From assembly GCA_013115125.1 (NCBI GenBank), contig JABANN010000086.1, forward strand, positions 1-64,000: a DNA stretch of 64,000 bases. Reading direction: 5' to 3'. The DNA is from Perkinsus olseni. Taxonomy: Eukaryota. The notes under the pieces are model-generated. The model saw only the letters and a program-made list of their open reading frames with translations, searched no databases and had not been told where the DNA came from. Position numbers and translations under genes: made by a program. This document shows positions 26,558-37,816 of this stretch, piece after piece (position 1 is the stretch's first letter; each line of letters begins with the position of its first letter).

Positions 26558-27844
26558 AACTCGGGTTGAGAGATCAATTGACTGGCTCAACACAACAGTT
26601 TATTTTAGAACCGCACCCTACCCGCCCTGGAGGAGGTCTCACTTCGTGTGAGACTGCTAGCGGTTGCCCGATGCCGCGGGTTGAGAATTCGGCCCAGGTC
26701 TTAATTTGCTTTACAATGCGGACGTCTGCTCGACGGGTGAGACAGGCAATTACATGCTCGGGGATGTCACATGCATGGGTTCGGCGAATAAGAAAGTCGG
26801 CGGTGCAAGTCGGATGAGTTGATTAGCGTTGCAGATGGGAGCATCAGTTTTGGGGGTCACCCTCGACCCGACGCTCTTGGGGATATAACAGCACGCTGTA
26901 TCTTCGCACTCTAATTCTCAACAGTTGAATGTGATTACGTTCGAATCGCTGAAGGCCACTTAGTTGTTCTAGTCCTCTGTAACGTGGAGTCCTAGTTTAG
27001 GACCCCTAAAGAATCATCTATGGCTTGCCAAAGGCATGAAACCCGCTCACGTAGTTTTCCCTTGTGAACTCCACACTATAGAGTTGTGTCCGAGAGGGCC
27101 TCGGGAAGAAGCCGATCCCCGAAGTTGGCTCACTAATTTGCGGAATTGAGTTGCTTGACCATCAAATTGATCACTGTCCGCGAATCTGATTTCCCTATTC
27201 GGTGTACGCCGCTAAAGTTGCCTCGTTCTTCGCCAATTTAATGTGATGTCCTCGGACGCGAGAATAACTGCCTCGATCATGGGATAAACTTCAGAACGGA
27301 ATTCTGAACAACTTCTTCAGGACTTCAGCTCTGTTAGCGACTCTGGAATTGGTTTTCACGCGCAATCTTCAATTTCATTTTCATATATTCGGTTCGGAAC
27401 TTCAGAGTAAATGTGCTAAACATCCTCTGGTTGCTCCAAACGCACCGGCTACATTATGTGAGAGCGCCTGTCGACTGAGCGATGGCCTGGGCGTCACTTG
27501 TCTCTACGATGCTGCAGGAGGTGCCAAGTTATTGAGTCAATATGTATGATCGAATCATACATGTACAAACCAGCATCATGAAACTGTACTGGATAAGATT
27601 AGATGCATCCAGGTCATATCTGTGGCCGACAAACGCGACAAATGAATGGTGAGCTTGTGACGAAGCGAGAATCATTCTACGAGAATGTGCTGTCCCTTGT
27701 GATCTAGCTTTTCTTCGAGCTCAATAGAGCCTCTCCTACAGTTGGAATTTCTCCTGTATGAGCACTTCGGGCAGGGCGATTACACCGCGTTGTAGCAGCA
27801 GCTTTTCATACCTCCCAAATGTGTTACCCTGTAGTTGATCCCCT

Positions 27845-29586
27845 ATGACCAGACAGACTGCCCTGCCACGTTCTCTGGCCGTGATCGCCTCGATAGCACC
27901 ATCGTCATACCAAGCAGCTATTGGTCGGGCGAGTGTGAGCCCTGATGTTTCAAGCAGACTGCAGATGATCTTCTACGATCATGAGACAAAGTCAGAGGTA
28001 AAGCAGACACACCGTTTCTCATGGTCGAGTTTGTCTCGCTCTGCGTCACTGCGCGGCGCGTTACTGGCGAAGAGTGAATCTCCCGCAGACTGTTATGGGA
28101 TACCTCGAGCAGCCGGGATCTGAGCAGCTCACGATTACCGACGTGGCACATGTAGATTATTTCAAGGGGTGATGATTTTCAGTGAAACTGCCCCGTATCG
28201 TCGCTTCCTTAGGGACGACCCCTGCGTCAAATTCACAGTGGTGGCTGATGAAGATGTGCTTAGAGAATACAATTTAGTGCTGAAGGATGGAGTCTCCGAG
28301 AAGAAAATCAAAGCGAAGACTCCGCACTCACTTAAGGTGCAGGCTATGCGGAGGCTTGGCGCAAAAATCCTGAAAGAATACGGAAAGAATTTCCGTCGCG
28401 ACGGGAGCCCGCTCTACACGTGGACTCGCTCGTATTTAGAGACCGCAGAATGGGTAAGGCTATGGTACTCGGAGGGAGCCTTCTGGTCGCTCGTTAACTA
28501 CTCAGGACGTTGATTACAAGGTCTTCTCAAGAAGGCCAGAAGTCAACCAGCCTTTGAGACTCACAGCTCTGAGAGTAAGGCTGACTCCAAACAACGGAAT
28601 GAAATGCTTGTAAGCTAAAATTCGGATGCTGAATGATGCAAGTCGAGTTGTCTCGATATTGAAGCTGGCAAACCTGACCATTCGGGTCTTGCCTGCGAAG
28701 CCTTTTTGGCTAGCCCCGGAGCTATACTGTATAGGTGTTCCTGCGCCAGGGGCTCCCTGGTACGGGGTATATGCTATATAATATGGCATATACCCCCTGC
28801 CAGGGCCTATAGCCTGTATCCCTCGACGTGGATTTCCGTCGACCATGACGGTGAAGGTCTAACAGTGATTGACAGCCACTCTCCGTTGGGCAGTGTCCAC
28901 AGAAGCTACTTTCGCTTTCTCATGGCAGGGGAGCTAGGAACGCAGCAAGACGCTGCTGCGATGCGTGCGGTTTCGAGTGGTGTCTTGTATTCTTCGTAGT
29001 GTAACACTAAGTGTTACTATGCGGCCTGGTCTAGGCATGATGCCTAAGGCATCGTTCTTTGGCTCTTAATAGGTCAGTCAAGCCGAAGTTCAGCGTGGAC
29101 AGGTTACACGAACTGCTCACCCGCAGCGAAGGAGTCGTGCCATTTCCTGACGGTATGCTATGTGCCGGCTCGATATGTCATTCGGTTAAATTAGGACAAC
29201 TCCGTACACCGGAGTTGTTATTAAAATTGCACGTGCACCTCACGGAGCGAGGAATTGCCTGATATAGCGAATAATTCTTCTCCGACAAGTGAACGACGAA
29301 CAATTTTCAAAGGTCAATGCTCTTCACTAGAAAAAAACATGGTCTTCCCGAAGAAAACCTTCAAGCTAGCACATTAACTTTATTCTCAGAACATAAATGG
29401 GACTTATCTAGGAGGCAGCTTGGGGCCTACAGTGACTACATCTCACCACCTGGCAGTAACATCTCGGCTGATACCTGGCCGAAGACACTTCGAGAAGTGC
29501 AGAAGCGATACAGCGAACCGAAGGCAGTCTACATCCCTAATGTTGTCCACTGGCTGACGATGGGTACTTTCAAGGCCTCTCCATAG
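27845..29586 (+). CDS. Lineage-specific multigene family, copy 2 (subtype B, 6 exons)
   Basis: MTRQTALPRSLAVIASIAPSS...FYDHETKSE|TVMGYLEQPGSEQLTITDVAHVDYFKG|DDPCVKFTVVADED...|DVDYKVFSRRPE...|SVKPKFSVDRL...|EHKW...ISPPG...DTWP...HWLTMG. Open after splicing. Confidence 0.7.
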
Positions 29587-29813
29587 GAATCGATGACCTC
29601 AAGCCCTCTTCGAGAAAACTTATCCGGGTGGTATGGAGACTTAACTTCGTTTGAAGGATGTTCGCGATTTCGTCCGAAAACTCCCTCTTTGCGAAGTAGA
29701 TGCACCCCGAGTTGTTGGCCACAACCTGTTGCTATCTTTATGTTCAGTTGTTCTCATGAAAATGTGATGTTGTTCAGCTATGCAGAAGAGTTGTTGTATC
29801 TCACGTACTCCTT

Positions 29814-30911
29814 GGGCTCATTCAATGCCCCCTTTTCCGAATCCGAGTTGTGCTTTTGGAAATCTGGGATCTACATCAAAGTGTGGCTCATGGGATGAGT
29901 TTCCAAGGAAATGTTTTCCGGCACGAAACGGGTACCGATTCCGACTCGGCATTTCGGGTTCCCGAGTCCCTACCTTTCTGAGTGAACGCTACACCCCCAA
30001 GATGCGCATCTCATAGCGTATCTTGAAGGCTGCGCTGCCTATATCCACGCAACGCGTAATTGTCAATATCCCGAGTGAGATATTACTCCCGAGTTTGAGA
30101 GATTTATATATACGGGGTGTTCAGAAAAATCAGCCGGAATCAATCCCAGAAAGTATTCTTAGAATCGATTCCCGAATCGTGTTCAGAGTAGTCCACTCTC
30201 AAATATCTCGGAATGTGTTCCAGAATCGATTCCGAAACGTGTTCAACGGATCGCATTCTCAGAACGCATTCTTAGAATGGATTCCGGACGCGTTTCGAGC
30301 GCAACGTCCGCTATCCCACAAGCGCCTAACCCCCGGAGGCGTCGCCGACGAAATTTAGTCGAATGGCCTAGCGGTGAAGCGCCCAGTCCTCATCCACTGT
30401 GGATCATCATGATCCACAAGATCGCGAGTTCGATCCTTGGGCAGGGTGGACCATGGAGTCGGGGAGAACCTTCACGCGCCACGATTAGCTACACGCCGTA
30501 AAATATTCGCTCAGGAAACGATTTTCTCAAGCCCAAATTTCGCATTCTGGAATACGTTTCGGAAGACAATCTGAAGTCTTCTGAACGCGTTCGGAATCCA
30601 TTCTGGAACACTCCCCAGAATGTATTTCGGAGCCAGTTCTCTAAACGCAATTTTGGTGCTTTGCATTCTGGAATGTATTCTGAATTTCAGAACAGGTTCT
30701 CTGAACACCCCGACAGAGGTGCACTTGAACAGTTGGAAACGTGACCCGCTCTCTGAAATCGGGGTAAGCGCCCGTAAGAAATACCCGAGCACTTGAATAG
30801 ATGATGTCTCGGAAAACTTTTCCGGAGTGCTTGTTCTTCTCCCAGGACTCGGTTCCCGGTAGATTTCCCTCGTACTCGAAATCCGGAACGAAAAGCACTT
30901 GAATAGGCCCC
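29814..30911. mobile_element. Non-autonomous TIR element (~1.1 kb), PIF/Harbinger-like ends
   Basis: Left end GGGCTCATTCAATGC..TTCCGAATCCGAGT versus reverse complement of right end GGGCCTATTCAAGTGC..TTCCGGATTTCGAGT. Absent from the homologous flank at ~35905-35925 (GTACTCCTGATTCTGC). Confidence 0.6.
30113..30712. mobile_element. 600-bp MITE nested in the above, Tc1/mariner-like TIR
   Basis: 13-bp perfect TIR CGGGGTGTTCAGA (30113) / TCTGAACACCCCG (30700), preceded by TA on the left. Internal inverted blocks (30275-30299 vs 30580-30604) and many TTC..GAA subrepeats. Confidence 0.65.
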
Positions 30912-31321
30912 TGATTCTGCAAGTTCGATTTCGGCGTTACGCCGGGCGTGGATATTTCGCTAGGGAATCCCAAGTAGGGACTCCCTAGCGTAGTAGATGG
31001 CCAGAGACGCGCCACTGCGCGTTCTCGACATGGCGCATGTGTTATACCCTTGGAGGCGGAGACTCTTGAAATATATCTTTTCAGGGATGAGTGATTTAGA
31101 ACACAACGTTTGGCTATAAGATTTATGATTGAGTATATCGGTGAAAGTCCGACCAAGCTGGTACTGTCGTTGGACTATACACTCGCGCACAGCGCTCGAA
31201 CTTGGCCTTCTAGAATCCATTCCTACACCCAACGTTCTATCTTGCTCCTCACCGAAGCTACATAAGCTGAGGCGCACTACAAATCGTCCACATTATCGCA
31301 TTCTAACTTAGAATTTCTAAG

Positions 31322-32155
31322 GAACAGCAGTCTCGTCAATTTCACTTCGTTGTTCGATGAAGAAGTGTTGGGAGGACTCAACAACTTCCAAATGAAAGCC
31401 CTCGGAAAGGGAGAGGTTCTCACAGCGAGAACTCCATCTTCGCTTAAGAAGCACCTGATGCGCAGCTTCGGCAGACGTATCCTGACGGAAAAGAGCTGGG
31501 ATTTGAAGGAACCGAAGCAAGCTCCGCGCTGCAGGAGGGGCGGTCAGACGAAATGACAGTGTGGTGTGCCGTAGCGGTTCCAGAATGCTCGCGGATTGCT
31601 TGCCAAGGCTTCTGGACTCCTAGAGTGTCGGCAAGCAATGACCTCCTAAATTAGGAGATCAATTGCGTTATCTACTCGAGCAGGCCAGGAGTCGATCAAG
31701 CGTTCAGACTCACAGCTCTGAGAGCAGAAGTAGCTACGCATGTCGACCGATATGAACAGTAGGTTCAGCGATACAGCGACATCCCACTATTCTCGACTTC
31801 TGCGAACCTGTGATCGAGTCTCAGAGACCCTGAATTAGGGTCTCTTGAAGACAATAGCGTCTCTATTATTGGCTAGAGCTCGCTTCCGGAATCCTGTTGG
31901 TGCCTTAGATCGGCCAAGCCCGAGTTGATTATGGGCCTGCTGGAAAAAGGTCAGCACCGAGAAGACACTCCGTAGCAAGTAGAGGCTTATAGCAACCACA
32001 TCGCACCACCTGGTGGTAAAACGGAACCTGATATCTGGCCGAATGAATATAGGTCTCACCCAAGAGCATATAATAGAATAGAAGATCCGTTTGTCGCTCG
32101 AATCATGAATATCTGCCATTGGTTGGCAAATGATACCATGAAGTGCATGTACTGA
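31322..32155 (+). pseudogene. Lineage-specific family, copy 3 (subtype A), 5'-truncated with internal stop
   Basis: FTSLFDEEVL...TPSSLKKHLMRSFG, EINCVIYSSRPG and YSNHIAPPG...DIWP...ICHWLAND match copy 1. There is an in-frame TAG before QVEAY, and the first two exons are not recognisable. Confidence 0.7.
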
Positions 32156-33558
32156 TTCGTGATACCCGGACCCAAATTGGGTCACCCAATGCCGTACAGA
32201 AAGAGAACGGCCTGGAATGATTCCAGTGGAATCCAGATTCTCGAGTGGTATCGATCATTCTCGTCTTGTAGCAGATTTTATTCGGTTACACTCGTACTCC
32301 TTCCTTCCGGGGTTATTCAATCCCATCGTCATGTTATACCGTTTTATCCACGGCTGTTCTCGTCACGTTTAATGTTATGCTGATATGAACTTTCTGTTGC
32401 GTTCCGTTATGCTCTCCATCTCTGTATGTCAGGCTTGTTCCTGAACACTATTTCTGCTACACGATTCGCAGCGAAATTGGAAGGAAACCACCAAGCCGTG
32501 GTGACCACGGGCGGAGCGCACGACTTCATTCGATTCATTGCTGGAATTTCATGCGATTCCAGGAAATTCCAACCCGGACAACTCACCAGGTCCAGAGGTA
32601 GGGAGGATTGACAGATTGATAGCTCTTTCTCGACTCTATGGATGATGGGCCCCCACTGGCGGCACATGGCCATTCTCAGTTGATGGAATGGTTCGTCTGG
32701 CTAATTCTGTTAACGGCAGAGGCCTCAACCGGCTTAATAGTTGCTATAAACTTCACCTTTTGGCGAAAGGCTTTTACCCCTACTTCTTGGAGGGACTGCC
32801 AAGAAGTAGGGTGGGTGATGCCCTAACATGCTCTGCGTTACTTTGTGAGGCCTGCTCGTACCATTGTGTAGGCATACTGAGCTCTAACCAGTATCCAGGC
32901 GATGAATATACGACTATCGATTGTAATGGTTTCTACGTAAATCCTAGCGTCGAACGATTCAATACTTCAGTTTGGGACATGCTTTGCAGCACCCACGGTC
33001 CACGTCTATTCGTGCACAGAATGGGGCATGCTTGCGTGCGGTCGGTATGCGAGCCACAATAGCCACGCCTCCTGGCAGTGAGGGTCTAGCCATAGAACAA
33101 GTTCGAGGACGAACTCGACTGAACCCGCAACGCGCGGGTATGGGAAACGGTTGTGTGGGCGAGCGAGGACGGACGCCGCGAGTGGCAATGGCGGCCCAGA
33201 CTCCTCCGGCGGGAGTCGTCCCGGAGGCGGTTGGACGGCACCTCCCCATAGGATCCGCTTGAGGGACGGTTAGAGAAGATCACCAATCTCGTCTTTTTCC
33301 TTTTTCTTCTTGAACAGGACCAGAACCCATTACCTACACGGGCGTTGCACTGACGCGACCAACTAGTATTCATTCGCCCAGTAGGGTTGAGGTGGTCTTT
33401 TAACACCGTATCGAGCTGCGATTCCTGTGGCCGGCGTCGCTGCACGGTCGGGCAGTGTGGAATCTTCGGCGAACCTCAGTAGGGTACCTCGACGAGACGG
33501 GACATGAGCAGACTGCCGACGGCAGTCTGACTGCACGGCGTGCATTGCCATTTATCCA

Positions 33559-33740
33559 GGGAAGATGGGTGCGTCGAATTCTTTATAGTGGCTGATGAAG
33601 ATGTGAATCATATCACGCGGGAGTACAATTAATCGGTACGTGCCAGTTTCTTGCGGGTTATCGCTGCGAAAACTCCACCCTCGTTGATGGAGCAGGTGAT
33701 GCACAGGTTCGGCTCACTAATTGTGAAGAAGTCCGAAGAA
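33559..33740 (+). pseudogene. Degenerate exon-3 fragment of the same family
   Basis: EDGCVEFFIVADEDV..REYN* and AKTPPSLMEQVMHRFGSLI align to exon 3 of copies 2 and 4. Confidence 0.55.
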
Positions 33741-33990
33741 ACTTATCATTTCGAGAGGAACAAACTTCGCGCTCTCGGCTTGAGAGCAGTTCATTCCTCT
33801 TGAGAGGAATTGAGGGTTCAGATATCTCTCCAGTGTAAAATTTGCTGCTTCTTGCCATCTTGCTTTCCTTCGAGCACAATAGAACCTCTCCGACAGGTGG
33901 AATTAGGTGTGTTTTGAGCAGGGCGATTACATCGTGCTAGAGCAACAGTTGTCAATACCCCAAGGTCACTTACCCTGTAGTTGATCCCCT

Positions 33991-35726
33991 ATGACCAGAC
34001 AGACTGCCCTGCTACGTTCCCTGGCCCTGATCGCCTCGATCGCACCATCGTCATACCAAGCAGCTATTGCTCCAGGAGGTGTGAACCCTGGCGTTTCAAG
34101 TAGGCTAAACATGACCTTCTACGATCCGGAGACAAACTTAGAGGTACAGTAGACTCGGCGTTTCCCACAGTCGAGTTAATCTCGCTCTGTGTCACTGCAC
34201 GGTGCTCCTCGTGTCCCTGCCCTGGCGAAGAGTGAATCTTTTGCAGACCGTGATTGGATACCTCGAGCATTCGATATCTAAGCCACTCATGATTACCGAC
34301 GTGGCACATGTGAGTTATTCCAAGGGGTAATGGTTATCAGTAAAGCTTCCCCGCATTCTCGTATCCTCAGAAGAGGTAGCTGTGTCGAATTCACAGTGGT
34401 GGCTGATGAATATGTGCTTAGAAAATACAATTTATTGCTGAAGGATGGAGTCTCCGAGAAGAAAATCAAAGCGAAGACTCCGCACTCACTGAAGGTGCAG
34501 GCTATGCGCAGATTCGGTTCAGAAATCCTAAAAGAATACGAAAAGAATTGCCGTCGCGACGGCAGCCCACTCTACACGTGGACTCGCTCGCATTTAAAGA
34601 CCGCAGAATGGGTAAGACTATGGTACTCGGAGGGAGCCTTCTGCGTGCTCGTTAACTACTCAGGACGTTGATTACAAGGTCTTCTCGAGGAGGCCAGAAA
34701 TCGACCAGCCTTTGAGGATCTCAGCTATTAGAGCAACGCTGACTCGAGAGGATGGAAAGAGCTGCGCGTAAGCTGAACGATTCAAATCAAGTTGTCTCGA
34801 TATTGAAGCTGGAAAACCCTGACCATTCGGGTCTTGCCTGCGAAGTCTTTTTGGCTAGCCCCGGAGCTATACTGTATAGGTGTTTCAGCGCCAGGGACTC
34901 CCTGGTACGGGGTATATGCTATATAATATGGCATATACCCCCTGCCATGACCTATAGCCTGTATCCCTCGACATGATGTCCGTCGACCATGACGGTGAAG
35001 GTCTAACAGTGATTGACAGCCACTCTCCGTTGGACAGTGCCCACACAATCTACTCCCGCTTTCTCATGGCACGGGAGCTAGGAACGCAGCAAGGCGCTGC
35101 TGCGATGCGTGCGGTTTCGAGTGGTATCTTGTATTCTTCATGGCGCAACTCGGCGGCCTAGTCTAGCCATCGCTTTTGGATTATCGGTGTTCTCAATAGG
35201 TTCATCAAGCCGAAGTTTAGCGTGTACAGGCTACACGAACTGCTCACCCGCAGCGAAGGAGTCCGTCGACGATTTCCCGACGGTACGGTATGTGCCGGCT
35301 CGATATGTCATTTCGATCGAATTAGGACAACTCCGTCCGTCGGAATTGTTATTAATAGCATTGCGTGCACCTCACGGAGCAAAGAATTGCCTGATATGGC
35401 GAACAATTCTTCTCCGACATGTGAACGACAAATAATTTTCATACGCCGATCCTCCTCACGAGAAGAGAAAATCTTGTTTTCATCAAGCTAGCGCATTAAT
35501 TTCATTCTCAGAACATAAATGGTACTTATCTGAGAGGCAGTTCCAGGCGTACAGTGACTACCTGGTCCCACCTGGCAGTAACGTCTCGTTTGACACCTGG
35601 CCGATGACGCTTAAAGAAGTGAAAAGGACACAAAATTATCCGGAGGCATACCAGATCCCTCATATTGTCCACTGGCTCACGATGGGCTCTATCAAGGCCA
35701 ACAAGACTCAACAGCCCAAACCTTAA
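33991..35726 (+). CDS. Lineage-specific multigene family, copy 4 (subtype B, 6 exons)
   Basis: MTRQTALLRSLALIASIAPSS...FYDPETNLE|TVIGYLEHSISKPLMITDVAHVSYSKG|RGSCVEFTVVADEY...|...|FIKPKFSVYRL...|EHKWYL...DTWP...HWLTMG...KP*. Open after splicing. Confidence 0.7.
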
Positions 35727-36542
35727 TGAAGGAATTTCTGGTGGTGGTATGGATACTCTCATTCCGTGTGAGGGACGTTTACGATTTCATCCGAATGCAT
35801 CCTCTTTTCGTAGTGAAGCTCCCCTATGTTGTTGCTGTATGTGTCCTCGGCTGTACTCATGAAGATTTGGTGTTGTTCTGCTGTCCAAACGATCTGTTGT
35901 ATTCTACGTACTCCTGATTCTGCAAGGTAGATTTCGGGGTAGATATTTCGCTAGAGAGTGTTGAACAAAACTCTTGGTGCAATGGTGGAAGAGCTACGTG
36001 AGATCGTTCAGTCGAAATGTCTTCCTGGCGCACACCTGTCTCAGTTAGTGTATGTGAAACCATTTCTAAAGACTTAAAGTTGGGAGAGCTCGGACTAGCC
36101 AGTGCTTCAATACAGAATAGTTCCGGCCCGAAACTTTCGGGGTACAAACATGAAGAATCGCATAGTGCGATTTGTATTAGCGGACAGCCCCTAGCGCATG
36201 ACTCGATTGCACTGTGCCGTTGCTTACTCGAACCAGTTCGTGATAATCGTTAGTGCATGGAGCGAGACCATGACGGCGCGCTGATCTTCGAACACGTGAC
36301 TGGGATGGCCACCTCCGTTGAACACGTGCCACAGGCCCGGCTCAGGTTAAGGGGTCGGAGAAAGAAGTGCCCCGTCGGTCATCATGCCAGGGCCGGGCGT
36401 GGGAACACATAGTCACCCATGCACCCTTGACACGTCTAGCCTGGGACCCCTTGTACCGGGGCTGCCACTACGCTGGGATGCCCGCGAACTTGGTTCGGGT
36501 TGAGTGTGGAAGGGCTGAATTCCCAAAGAGGTGGCCTTCGAA

Positions 36543-37312
36543 ATCTCTGGGAAGAGACGACGGTAGTGTGTGTGTGAGTGTAGAGTCCAACGCCGACAGA
36601 ACGTTAGTTGTAGCTTAGTTAGACAGTGGTAGACCTCGTCGATTCATCGCAACAGTGTAACATGGTTATAATTGATAACCTGAGTACATTTGCTTGTGTG
36701 TGTGTGAGTTTAAAGTCCAACGCCGACAGTACGGCTTGGTTAGACTAGCACCGACGTACCTTCCTGAGGGGGATTAGTTCAGCGGCTGAACTTCAGCCTG
36801 TAAAATAGGGTCTGCTCGTCAAGCCAAAGAACGTTTCTCTCAGAGCGAGGTCATCGTCAGCTGGGGAACGTCCTTTCCTCCCGGCAGAATCCGCTTCCAC
36901 AGCTGCGGGGGCTGTGCACGACCACGAAACACTAGCGCATCCCGCAGTGTGTCGACCACAAGCATCATCTCCGAGACTCGAAAAGTCCATAGCCTGCCTT
37001 AGACTCCCTCTTACCGAAAGCTGACATTCTTACTGGCAGAGGCACATGAATCTAAATTAGATTATGTAATGTCGTCCCCTCCTATTATGCATCTGTCGTA
37101 CTTTTAAAGATTAGCCTTTCACAGAAGCTTGCCATAGCAGTACACCGGTTCACACCTCATCTCTGGGAAAAGACGACGGGAGTGTGTGTCAGTGTAGAGT
37201 CCAACGCCGACAGAACGTTAGTTGTAGCTTAGTTAGACAGTGGTAGACCTCGTCGATTCATCGCAACAGCGTAACATGGTTATAATTGATAACCTGAGTA
37301 CATTTGCTTGTG
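36543..37312. repeat. Near-identical ~155-bp direct repeats (36543-36698 and 37159-37312)
   Basis: ATCTCTGGGAA.AGACGACGG.AGTGTGTGT..AGTGTAGAGTCCAACGCCGACAGAACG...GAGTACATTTGCTTGTG occurs twice. Each copy contains, and is followed by, a reverse copy of the short dispersed repeat. Confidence 0.9.
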
Positions 37313-37816
37313 ATTATCATATGAACATTTTACTGCAACATCAAAACCGTATCCCGTCGGGAACCGTCGGCCCTTCGTACCCTGCATTAGGCCCTCAATC
37401 AGGCATTCCCGCCCTGTGTGTGTGAGTTTGAAGTCCAAGGCCCACAGTACGGCTTAGAAGTACGGCAGTCTGCCCTGTAAAAGCGCCTCATCAACCGATT
37501 GTGTGCGCGCCACTTGCCTCTGCGAGGCCTTCTCCAGTAGAGAATCTCTACGGCCTCCCTCTCTCCCTCCTTACGGTTAGCGACTGGGTTCGTTTATTTA
37601 CTGAACTGAGGCGGGCGGATGAGGGGGAGCACAAGGCCGGTCGCAGTCACCAAACTATTGGCGCGCGAGCTCGCGCTGTTAGAATCGAAAAAGACGTGCC
37701 CTACTGCACCTTGTTCTACTCGATGTATAAATGGACATTTTGAATCGACCCTGAGTGATTGTGTCACGGATTACTGGCCGTTCCAGGCTGTACTTCAACC
37801 GAGCTCCTCGGTTGCT

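Noticed and set aside
28141..28155. Apparent independent TGG-to-TAG/TGA nonsense changes at the same 'WHMW' codon in copies 2 and 4
   Set aside because: Wrong frame. The spliced frame is DVAHV in all copies and is open.
36720..36754. Hairpin plus CTAG as a Helitron 3' end
   Set aside because: Homology among copies continues past CTAG (CTAGCACCGA) and the next base is not T.
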